From: a virus | Lineage: Duplodnaviria > Caudoviricetes | IMG/VR virus record: IMGVR_UViG_3300027782_000030 | Span: 64,001-128,000 of that record | Length of the DNA stretch: 64,000 nt | Reading direction: 5' to 3' (one strand) | In this document: in pieces, positions 1 through 7,543 of the stretch | Numbering within the stretch: position 1 is the first letter of the stretch | Layout of the letters: each line of letters begins with the position of its first letter | Notes under the pieces: model-generated | The model's database searches: none | What the model saw: the letters and a program-made list of their open reading frames with translations, nothing else | What the model was told of the DNA's origin: nothing | Program-made: the position numbers and the translations under genes

Positions 1-1109
1 ATCATTAACCTGTTACAATGTTTTTTTAGTTTTTCAACAATTTCTAATCCGTTTTCTAAATGTTCAATTACTTCAAAAGCAACTATAGTATCATACTGAT
101 CTAATTCAAAATTATTAATGTCAGAATGAATAAACTGTGAGTTATATCCCCAATCTTGTTCTTTAGCTGCTTTGATTATATATTTGTCGTAATCTAAGCC
201 AGTGTATTCAATAGTTTTGGGAAAGAACTGAATTCCATATCCACTAGTACATCCTAATTCAAAAACCTTAGTTCCTAATAGATTATCTGCTGCCCATCGA
301 TACCTAGTTACTTCACGGTCATAAACAGGGTCGCCCTTGAAAAATACAGCCCGCTCCCAATAATTTGAAAGACGCCATTTATACCAATCAGGGTTATATT
401 TTCTTGCTAAAGTCAACGAATTTTCTAAAAATACATCATTATAATCATTTACTAGTTTAGAATCATGCATTGTACCTTCACCTTTATGATATATTGGAAA
501 TTCTCCTATATGTAGATTAGTAACAGTATCCCAAGATTTATTAAGAACTTCACAGACTTCAAATCCTGCATTTTCTGCTTCAATACAAAATTCTGTATCT
601 TCTCCGCCACCTACACCATAATCCATGCTTAGTAGACCAATACTGTCAAATACTTTTTTATGTATCATTACACAAAAGAATACAGCAAAATCTCTACCTG
701 CCGGTTCACTATGACCTTTAATAATACAACTAATGCCGCATTTTGGATTACTAATAAAAGGACTTTCTAGTAATTTTAGCCAACCATTTACTTCATGAGG
801 CAATAATATTGCATCATTGTTTAACAGTATTATTAAGTCCGTCGTTGCTAATTTAATAGCAGGATTACATGCGCCTGAATACCCTAATGGTTCATTTGCC
901 CATGCAATTTTAAAATGTTTCTTTAACCCCAAGTATGTAAACTTCTCGGACAGCGCACCTAAATACTCTAGAGTATTATCAGTACAACCGTTAGCACTAA
1001 TAATTAACTCAATGTCTTCTATATTAGAATATGCCAGTACAGATTCAATACAAGGTTTTAATAAATCATCACAATGATTATAAGTGGGAATTACTATACT
1101 ATATTTCAT
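1..1109 (-). CDS. GT2 glycosyltransferase fused to a class I SAM-dependent methyltransferase-like domain (3' end lies beyond the window start; not in ORF track)
   Basis: Manual translation from ATG at 1109, which overlaps the TGA of the upstream ORF: MKYSIVIPTYNHCDDLLKPCIES...LLNNDA...GGGED (GT2 motifs). Further on are VFELGCTSGYG (SAM motif I), YTGLDYD and YDTIVAFEVIEHL. The frame is still open at the window edge. Confidence 0.88.
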   Translation of the reverse strand, partial: MKYSIVIPTYNHCDDLLKPCIESVLAYSNIEDIELIISANGCTDNTLEYLGALSEKFTYLGLKKHFKIAWANEPLGYSGACNPAIKLATTDLIILLNNDAILLPHEVNGWLKLLESPFISNPKCGISCIIKGHSEPAGRDFAVFFCVMIHKKVFDSIGLLSMDYGVGGGEDTEFCIEAENAGFEVCEVLNKSWDTVTNLHIGEFPIYHKGEGTMHDSKLVNDYNDVFLENSLTLARKYNPDWYKWRLSNYWERAVFFKGDPVYDREVTRYRWAADNLLGTKVFELGCTSGYGIQFFPKTIEYTGLDYDKYIIKAAKEQDWGYNSQFIHSDINNFELDQYDTIVAFEVIEHLENGLEIVEKLKKHCNRLM

Positions 1110-1861
1110 ATTGTACCTGTGTGTTTATTTGCTTCATACCACTCTAGATTATATTTTTTGGCTAATCTTAGTTCATTGTTTCTAAATGTTTGATTCCAAT
1201 TTTGTACTAGATTAGTATCATGTACTGTACCCTCACCACGATGATATATGGGGAAAGTACCTACATGCAACATAGCTTCATTAGACCATACCATTTGAAC
1301 AGGTTGAATAATTGAAAATCCTGCTAATTCTGCTTCCATACAAAATTCAATATCTTCTCCACTACCCGTACCATAATCTTCGTTTAGTAATCCAATCTTA
1401 TCAAATACTTTACGATGAATCATAACACAGAAAAATATTCCAAAATTTCTTTTTATTATTTCGCTATATTTTAGTAGCACTGCGGTAATTCCGCAATTAC
1501 TATCATCGAACCCATTATTAAGTAAAGTTAACCAATCCTGTTTATTTTGGGGTAATAATACAGCATCATTGTTTAGTAATACTATTCTGTCAGTTGTTGC
1601 CACTTTAATACCAGCATTTGTTGCTTTAGGGTAGCCTAAAGGATTGTTATCCCAAACTATCTTAAGATGATTTTCTAATCTTAAATAGTTAAATTTTTCT
1701 TTTAGATTACCCAAGTACTCTAGTGTATTATCAGTACATCCATTAGCGCTGATAATAAGTTCTATGTCTGTTATATTTGAGTATTCAAATATAGATTCTA
1801 TACAAGGTTTTAATAAATCATTGCAATGATTGTAGGTAGGGATTACTATACTGTATTTCAT
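1106..1861 (-). CDS. GT2 family glycosyltransferase
   Basis: N-terminal SIVIPTYN, DxD-like LLNNDA and GSGED motifs. SD-like GAGGA upstream. Confidence 0.9.
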   Translation of the reverse strand: MKYSIVIPTYNHCNDLLKPCIESIFEYSNITDIELIISANGCTDNTLEYLGNLKEKFNYLRLENHLKIVWDNNPLGYPKATNAGIKVATTDRIVLLNNDAVLLPQNKQDWLTLLNNGFDDSNCGITAVLLKYSEIIKRNFGIFFCVMIHRKVFDKIGLLNEDYGTGSGEDIEFCMEAELAGFSIIQPVQMVWSNEAMLHVGTFPIYHRGEGTVHDTNLVQNWNQTFRNNELRLAKKYNLEWYEANKHTGTI

Positions 1862-1877
1862 TTACTTTCCTCTGTTC

Positions 1878-1884
1878 TACTTAT
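1878..1884 (-). promoter_or_regulatory. T4-type late promoter box (ATAAGTA) upstream of the GT2 genes
   Basis: Variant of the ATAAATA box that recurs just upstream of structural genes. It lies 16 nt before the ATG. Confidence 0.5.
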
Positions 1885-1921
1885 GACAGTAGATTTTGGT
1901 CAGTAAATTTATATTAGCCAC

Positions 1922-1945
1922 AAAAAAGCGCACCGAAGTGCGCTT
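1922..1945 (-). terminator. Rho-independent terminator with UUCG tetraloop
   Basis: The minus strand reads AAGCGCAC-TTCG-GTGCGCTTTTTT: a perfect stem, C(UUCG)G loop and U tract. Confidence 0.9.
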
Positions 1946-1971
1946 CCCTGTAACTTCCCATCCCGTTGAGA
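1922..1971 (-). ncRNA. Putative ~50-nt late small RNA
   Basis: An ATAAATA box at 1977-1983 points into a short purine-rich tract that ends at the UUCG terminator, and no ATG lies between them. Inference only. Confidence 0.3.
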
Positions 1972-1976
1972 TATTG

Positions 1977-1983
1977 TATTTAT
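1977..1983 (-). promoter_or_regulatory. T4-type late promoter box (ATAAATA)
   Basis: Exact ATAAATA followed by C, in intergenic DNA. Confidence 0.5.
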
Positions 1984-2036
1984 GCTGTATATGAGTTATA
2001 TGCTTTAGCCAACGTTCTTTAATACGCATCTATTAT

Positions 2037-2453
2037 TTAATTTCGGTGGAAAAAATCAAGTAAGGCTTGATCACTATTAAAACTCGTAATAATTACTTCA
2101 CTTGCAGTATCCTCGTTCCAATCAAATCCGTATTCATCTGCTTTTTCTTTGTAGTCAAGGTCAGTCGGGTCTAACATGCCCCATGACTCTATTTCATCTA
2201 AATGTTTTGGTTTAGCATCTGCATCCCAATAATTTCCGTTGTACAGCACAGCAACGTGTCCAATTGGGTCCTGTCCGTATTCTAGAAATGCTCGGTTGAA
2301 TGCCCCTACTATTTTTCCCCTGTTTTGAAATATATTTTTGTTTATAAAAATAGCAGCTTCGGGGCAGTCTCCGCCAAACCCTTGTAGATTAGCTTGCCGA
2401 ATTTTGTTTGCTATAGTATTTAGATTTTCGACAACAATTTCAGTTATTTTCAT
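2037..2453 (-). CDS. Hypothetical phage protein (138 aa), probably late
   Basis: Fills the gap between the HNH gene and the terminator. A late box lies 4 nt upstream of the ATG. Confidence 0.75.
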   Translation of the reverse strand: MKITEIVVENLNTIANKIRQANLQGFGGDCPEAAIFINKNIFQNRGKIVGAFNRAFLEYGQDPIGHVAVLYNGNYWDADAKPKHLDEIESWGMLDPTDLDYKEKADEYGFDWNEDTASEVIITSFNSDQALLDFFHRN

Positions 2454-2457
2454 TTAG

Positions 2458-2464
2458 TATTTAT
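2458..2464 (-). promoter_or_regulatory. Late promoter box (ATAAATA)
   Basis: The minus strand reads ATAAATA-CTAA-ATG. Confidence 0.6.
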
Positions 2465-3204
2465 GCTGATTTACGTTTTTTACCCCCTAATTGCCATCCT
2501 TGATTTAACCAAGTCTGAAGTTCAGGTTGTTTTACTTTCTTTTCTACACCGTCTTTGTTTATAGATATATTACCTAATACTGCATTTGCTACATTGGTTG
2601 CATGAGACATTGTTTTCTTTATACCTTTGCCACCTAGACTAATAGCAAGTTTATGTTCTGCTGATTGAGGACCTTTAGATTTACCTTTAGCTGCCAAACT
2701 TTTATTAATGCGTGTTTGTAGTGAATCTTTTTTTCCAATCCTAGCGTTTCGCCATTTCTCTTTTGTTTCTTCTGTTTTAGGAGGTCGATTTAATGCTGCT
2801 TTTCTATTTTTCTCTCGGTGTTCTTCCGATTGAGAGATACCTTTATTCCAAGCAGGACGACCTTTCATTCTTTTACTGTGGTTCTCTGCGTGTTCTATTC
2901 TATACTTCTCATATACTCTTGCCGTGATTTTTGTATGATATCGTTGTTGATATCTATTTTCTGCTTTCATTCCGTTGAGTGCATACAACATCTTACTTCT
3001 ATCTTCACCTTCTGTCATTTTAATCAGTAACCAATGACAAATAAAATGTTCTCTCGCTGTTAGGTATACTAGATTTTCTTTATCATTGCTACCGCCCAGT
3101 GATTGAGGAATGATATGATGTAGTTCTGTGTAGCCCTCAGTAATGCGTTGCTTTGCTTTATCTGTTATCTTGGTATAGAGTTTGGAATATTTGTTTGTAA
3201 GCAT
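2461..3204 (-). CDS. Free-standing HNH homing endonuclease with NUMOD3-like basic C-terminal repeats
   Basis: HHIIPQSLGGSNDKENLVYLTAREHFICHWLL HNH motif. NUMOD3-like segments KGRPAWNKGISQSEEHREK and KGPQSAEHKLAIS. Confidence 0.88.
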   Translation of the reverse strand: MLTNKYSKLYTKITDKAKQRITEGYTELHHIIPQSLGGSNDKENLVYLTAREHFICHWLLIKMTEGEDRSKMLYALNGMKAENRYQQRYHTKITARVYEKYRIEHAENHSKRMKGRPAWNKGISQSEEHREKNRKAALNRPPKTEETKEKWRNARIGKKDSLQTRINKSLAAKGKSKGPQSAEHKLAISLGGKGIKKTMSHATNVANAVLGNISINKDGVEKKVKQPELQTWLNQGWQLGGKKRKSA

Positions 3205-3209
3205 AATAG

Positions 3210-3216
3210 TATTTAG
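3210..3216 (-). promoter_or_regulatory. Late promoter box (CTAAATA) for the HNH gene
   Basis: The minus strand reads CTAAATA-CTATT-ATG, downstream of the g23 terminator. Confidence 0.6.
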
Positions 3217-3247
3217 TCCAACATTTAACTTTCCACTATTTTAGTAT

Positions 3248-3274
3248 AAAAAAAGAGCACCGAAGTGCTCTTTT
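3248..3274 (-). terminator. Rho-independent terminator of the head operon
   Basis: The minus strand reads AAAAGAGCAC-TTCG-GTGCTCTTTTTTT, about 40 nt after the g23 stop. Confidence 0.92.
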
Positions 3275-3315
3275 GAGTGTAGATTATCCCGAAAGACAAT
3301 CTGCATTGTCCAATT

Positions 3316-4512
3316 TCACTGAAAAGTGAGATTTGAGACAGCAATTTCCCCAACATAGTCAGCCGCATTACCGAAAGAACTTGCGGTATTGGTTAATTCT
3401 ATGTATCCGTAACGAGTCATAAATGACACGACTGGTTCGAATGTTGACGGATCAAGGACAACACCAGAACTCATCAAAGGAATATATGGGCAATAGAACG
3501 CGGCTGCGTCTGTCTCGCTTGAACCTTTGTAACCAACTAGAACAGGAATGTTGTCAGCAGCATAACTGTCAACGAACACACGCATTGCACCGTTCAATGT
3601 ACCAACGAACTTGGTGTTTGTTGGGGCTTCGAATGTGCCTTCTGTTGTGCGAGCAAAAGCAGAAGTTGTAGCAGACTGAAGAACTGTCAAGCTAGCAGAA
3701 CTAACAACGGCCCAGTTACCGGCACCACGACGGGTACGCTGTGCAATCAAGTTAGCAACACGATTGATAAGAACAGCAAGAGCAGCGTGTTCGTCACCAA
3801 CGTATGTGGCTGTACCAGATACTGTAGCTTGGTTGTATGTATACTCTGTAGAAGCAAGAGTGCGGAGTGACAAGAGGATCTCTTGGTCGATCTCAGCAGT
3901 GATCTCTTGTGCTAGAGCAGCCATGATTTCTGCTTCAACGTCAATACCATGTTGTGATTGAGCGTCTTGTGCAGCTTCGAATGTCCAACGTGCTTGTAAC
4001 TTGCGTGACTTAGCTTCAACAGCCTGTCTTAAGATTTGCACGGAGATTTGCTTACCGCCATTACCTTCTAGAGTTGCTGTATCAGCACCTGTGTAGTAGT
4101 TAGTAGAAGTAGCATCACCTTTAACTCTTGAGTAAGCCTGTGCAATTAAGAATGGGCTTAATGCTTCCTGACCAGCTGTTACGCTTGTCTGAGCAGCAGA
4201 GTTGTCAGTTAATGACTGAGCATAACGGACACGTAGTGTATGAATCTGTCCAACTGGACCAGTCATTGGCTGAACACCAACCAACTCATTAGCGATAACA
4301 GTTGGCATAACACGACGAATAACTGGAAGAATCACACGGTTTAGAGTAGCGATATTACCAGCTGTAGTTGTACCTGCTGTAGATTCAGCAAGTAGTTGCT
4401 TTTTGGTGTTTTCTAAGATAACACCCATTGTTGAGCGGCGAGTGCCTTTTAAGCCTTCTAACAGAGCTTCCTTGGTCTCATCCCAACGGCTTTCTAATAG
4501 AACTTTTGACAT
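3316..4512 (-). CDS. gp23: T4-like major capsid protein
   Basis: Motifs VIRRVMPTVIANELVGVQPMTGPVGQIHTLR, VEAKSRKLQARWTFEAAQD, EITAEIDQEI, FYCPYIPL and FMTRYG. Confidence 0.96.
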   Translation of the reverse strand: MSKVLLESRWDETKEALLEGLKGTRRSTMGVILENTKKQLLAESTAGTTTAGNIATLNRVILPVIRRVMPTVIANELVGVQPMTGPVGQIHTLRVRYAQSLTDNSAAQTSVTAGQEALSPFLIAQAYSRVKGDATSTNYYTGADTATLEGNGGKQISVQILRQAVEAKSRKLQARWTFEAAQDAQSQHGIDVEAEIMAALAQEITAEIDQEILLSLRTLASTEYTYNQATVSGTATYVGDEHAALAVLINRVANLIAQRTRRGAGNWAVVSSASLTVLQSATTSAFARTTEGTFEAPTNTKFVGTLNGAMRVFVDSYAADNIPVLVGYKGSSETDAAAFYCPYIPLMSSGVVLDPSTFEPVVSFMTRYGYIELTNTASSFGNAADYVGEIAVSNLTFQ

Positions 4513-4541
4513 TTGTATTTTCTCCTAATCTATGTCTTAAA

Positions 4542-5648
4542 TTAAAGCCCTGCCAGACGCTTGATATCAATCACGTTATCACGCTCTTGGGTATCAATAA
4601 TATCTTTCTTGGCAGATTTATCACCTGTCACTTCACTAATCATTCTTGATTCTGTAATTGTCTGCTTGGTAGCTTTCTTTTCAGAACCACTGTTTAGTAC
4701 AGCCGGTAGATATTTTTCAAAAGCATTCTGTAACCTTGGGGTTTGAACACTTTCTAATAAAGATTGCATTACCTTAGCCTTTTCCTCGTTCAATGGTGCA
4801 AGTAATTCGCTCATTGTTTTTTCACGAAGATTAGATTCTTTGATAATACGCACTTCTTTTTCTTTGCTCTCAACTAACTGTTTAGCCTGTGAGATTAAAC
4901 TCATAGACTCAGATAGTTTTTGATCTTTCTCTTTTAACGCAGCCATTAACTTGCGTGTTTCAGCCTTCTCATTTAAATGAGTAACTGAGAATTCGCTAGC
5001 AAAAGATTCAAATATTCTGCGACCGAAATTGTTTTCACGGGCGGCTTGAATATCTTCTTTAAGTTGGCTTAGTTCGCCTTTAAGATGCTTAGTAACAGCA
5101 GCATTCATTCTCTTAGCACTTTCAGCAACAAATCTTGCCTTAAGTTTTTCAAGTTGACTACGACCTTCTGCAACTAACTTAACCTTGGCTTCAACAACTG
5201 CCTGCTTGTCCTGTGAGAATTCTTTGATTTCACGGGCTAAAGCGTGAACAATAAATTGCTCTAGCTTTTGTTGGCTTTCTTTTTGAATCTTACGATCGGA
5301 ACGCAATTCTTTAATTTCTTCGGCTAGTTTAGTAACCATGAAATCATTGAATTTTGATGCGCTTTCACGAAGTTTCATTTGGCCTTTTACACGGTCTTCG
5401 TTCATTGCTTTTCTTTCATTGTGAAATTCTTGAATTTCTTCTGAAAGATTATCTGTTACCATACGATCAAGGGCTTCAACCATAACGCTTCTGTCATGCA
5501 CATACTTTTGTGCAAACTCTTCTCTGAGTTCTGCACGAACTTGTTCACGAGCCTCATTTAATTTAGATTCCCAGGCTTCATTAATCTGTTGCCCTACGTC
5601 TTCATTAATAAGTCCGCTCTCAAGTAATGGTTTGATAGCATCAAACAT
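4542..5648 (-). CDS. Prohead core/scaffolding protein (gp22-like)
   Basis: Long E/K-rich coiled coil located between the protease and capsid genes, as in the T4 order 21-22-23. Confidence 0.8.
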   Translation of the reverse strand: MFDAIKPLLESGLINEDVGQQINEAWESKLNEAREQVRAELREEFAQKYVHDRSVMVEALDRMVTDNLSEEIQEFHNERKAMNEDRVKGQMKLRESASKFNDFMVTKLAEEIKELRSDRKIQKESQQKLEQFIVHALAREIKEFSQDKQAVVEAKVKLVAEGRSQLEKLKARFVAESAKRMNAAVTKHLKGELSQLKEDIQAARENNFGRRIFESFASEFSVTHLNEKAETRKLMAALKEKDQKLSESMSLISQAKQLVESKEKEVRIIKESNLREKTMSELLAPLNEEKAKVMQSLLESVQTPRLQNAFEKYLPAVLNSGSEKKATKQTITESRMISEVTGDKSAKKDIIDTQERDNVIDIKRLAGL

Positions 5649-5660
5649 TGCTTATTCCCC

Positions 5661-6293
5661 TTATTTAATTTTGAGATCCTTGATGAGGCGTATGACTTCC
5701 TCTTTCAAGAATTTCTCTACTTTTTTGTCGCCTTTAGCGTCTTTTGCAATACTTAACAATGTATGGCCATGCTTCATGTTCATCATGCCTTCATAAATTG
5801 CTTTTGGATACGCATTAGGTGCGCTTGGTTGAGCAACAATATCTACAGTGACTATTTCAAAGTCACTAACTTTGCCGTCCATGTCGTTTACATTACCTGA
5901 TCCACGACTGGATACGCCTAGTTTCACTCCCGACTCCAACATAGTCTTTACTAACTGACCCATTGGAGTTGGTAATATTTTTAGTTTTCCGAATCCATTA
6001 GCACCATCCATCCACATACTAGTAATCATATGTGATACACGGTCTAAATTAATTTTGAGGTCATCAGGGTGATCTACTTCACCTAACACTGAATGACCAT
6101 CAGAAATTTGTTCGTTAAGAGTTTGAACAGCATTTTCAATTTCAGCTACGGGGTAAATGCGTTCATTAGCATTTTTAACCCCGCCCTGAATGAAAATTCC
6201 CTTCATGTATAGGGACTTTCCGTTAGCATCATCTAACGATTCGACCACCATATTAGCGCGGTCAAATGTTAAATGTTCTTTGAGATAAGCCAT
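5661..6293 (-). CDS. gp21: Prohead maturation protease
   Basis: Motifs GIFIQGGVKNANERIYP, LGEVDHP, LGVSSRGSG and DIVAQPSAPNAY (His/Ser catalytic motifs). Confidence 0.93.
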   Translation of the reverse strand: MAYLKEHLTFDRANMVVESLDDANGKSLYMKGIFIQGGVKNANERIYPVAEIENAVQTLNEQISDGHSVLGEVDHPDDLKINLDRVSHMITSMWMDGANGFGKLKILPTPMGQLVKTMLESGVKLGVSSRGSGNVNDMDGKVSDFEIVTVDIVAQPSAPNAYPKAIYEGMMNMKHGHTLLSIAKDAKGDKKVEKFLKEEVIRLIKDLKIK

Positions 6294-6308
6294 TTCTCTC
6301 AGATTCTC

Positions 6309-7193
6309 TTAGATTCTTCTTTTAGCAGTTGTTCTGCTTTCCACAACGCTCTTGTCGTTCTGTTTAACAGTACCACCTGCACCAGCTTCTTTACCTTGTG
6401 GGGTCTTGTGACCAAAACCACCTGGGACTTTTTCTTTAAATGAAGTCTTACCTGCATCTTGTCCTGGGGTGTTTTTAAACTGACCAGCACCCTTTACAGT
6501 TGTCTCACCCTTAGAACCGTAGTTGCTAGGAGCTTTAGGACTTGTTGGAACTGTCTCAGAAGCACCAGAGAATTTTACTGGCTTACTGTCCATTCCTGCT
6601 TGTCCACTGTTTTGTAGACCTGGGCTCTTTGTCTGTGCGCCGTTGTCGCCGCCGATTTTAGAACCATAAAGACCTGGAACATTCTTTAACTGAATGGCTT
6701 CCATCATTTCTTCACTACCTTCTTCTTCATCGTCAACTTCTTCTTCGCCTTCTTCGCTACCCATCATTTCTTCTTCGTCGCCGAAATCCTCTTCGTCGCC
6801 CATGCCATCGTCATCACCGCCCATGATCTTTTCAAAATCAGCCATTAACTGGTCTAACTTGTCTTCAATACGGATAACCGCATCTTCAACTTCACCGTCG
6901 GCTGCTTCATCATGCATTTGGTCAGAATCAATATCAATGATTTCTTCTTCGTCATCATCGAATCCAATGTCATCATCTTCTGTCATACCACCAGCTTCTT
7001 CTGCGCTGATTTCGTCCATTAGATCGCCGACTTGACCTCCCATGCCTTCTTCACCCATCATTTCTTCGTCCATGATAGATTCATAAATCTCGCGGGATTT
7101 TTCTACTACGATATCGTGAAATAATTCACGGGCTTGTTCTTCATTCTCATTGATAATCAAATCAATAAGTTGTTCAAATTTTCTGTTATCCAT
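6309..7193 (-). CDS. Acidic prohead core/internal head protein
   Basis: Very D/E-rich N-terminal half and G/K/P-rich C-terminal half. Located between portal and protease genes, where T4 has gp67/gp68. Confidence 0.65.
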   Translation of the reverse strand: MDNRKFEQLIDLIINENEEQARELFHDIVVEKSREIYESIMDEEMMGEEGMGGQVGDLMDEISAEEAGGMTEDDDIGFDDDEEEIIDIDSDQMHDEAADGEVEDAVIRIEDKLDQLMADFEKIMGGDDDGMGDEEDFGDEEEMMGSEEGEEEVDDEEEGSEEMMEAIQLKNVPGLYGSKIGGDNGAQTKSPGLQNSGQAGMDSKPVKFSGASETVPTSPKAPSNYGSKGETTVKGAGQFKNTPGQDAGKTSFKEKVPGGFGHKTPQGKEAGAGGTVKQNDKSVVESRTTAKRRI

Positions 7194-7229
7194 TATTGTT
7201 CTCCTGAAGTGAAATGGCTTTGTAATAAT

Positions 7230-7236
7230 TATTTAG
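7230..7236 (-). promoter_or_regulatory. Late promoter box (CTAAATA) for the head operon
   Basis: Intergenic box upstream of an AGGAG SD and the ATG at 7193. Confidence 0.55.
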
Positions 7237-7246
7237 TGGGTATACC

Positions 7247-7276
7247 AAAAAACAGCTTATTAACTACTGTTTTTTT
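7247..7276. terminator. Possible bidirectional terminator-like inverted repeat
   Basis: AAAAAACAG-N11-CTGTTTTTT. The GC stem is weak. Confidence 0.35.
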
Positions 7277-7301
7277 GCGTTTTTGTAAAATATATACAAA
7301 A

Positions 7302-7529
7302 TTATAGGGTAGGAGCTGCTGCTTCTGCCTTAGGTCCGTATTGATCGTGGACTTTTTTTAGATGTTGTTTCTTTTCATAGTTTCTTACATCAAGCATTTT
7401 TCTTAATTTTCTTATTTGCTTTAATGTAAGTTTGGTTTTTCTAGATTGTTTCCAAATAGGTTTGCTGTTATCTTGATTAACATCTTGATAACCTTCAACC
7501 GGTGGATCAAACATTTCTAGTAACTTCAT
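7302..7529 (-). CDS. Small basic hypothetical protein (75 aa)
   Basis: ORF directly after the portal gene, with its own late box 6 nt upstream of the ATG. Confidence 0.75.
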   Translation of the reverse strand: MKLLEMFDPPVEGYQDVNQDNSKPIWKQSRKTKLTLKQIRKLRKMLDVRNYEKKQHLKKVHDQYGPKAEAAAPTL

Positions 7530-7535
7530 AGTAAG

Positions 7536-7542
7536 TATTTAT
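7536..7542 (-). promoter_or_regulatory. Late promoter box (ATAAATA)
   Basis: The minus strand reads ATAAATA-CTTACT-ATG. Confidence 0.6.
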
Positions 7543-7543
7543 C

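Noticed and set aside
1938-1951. Partial complementarity between the putative small RNA (CAGGGAAGCGCA) and the frameshift hairpin (TGCGCCTTCCCCCTG, 14746-14760)
   Set aside because: The match is short, needs bulges and overlaps the small RNA's own terminator stem, so it is consistent with chance.
6694-7035. Ser-rich 113-aa plus-strand ORF
   Set aside because: It is the antisense reading of the GAA/GAT-rich acidic head protein.
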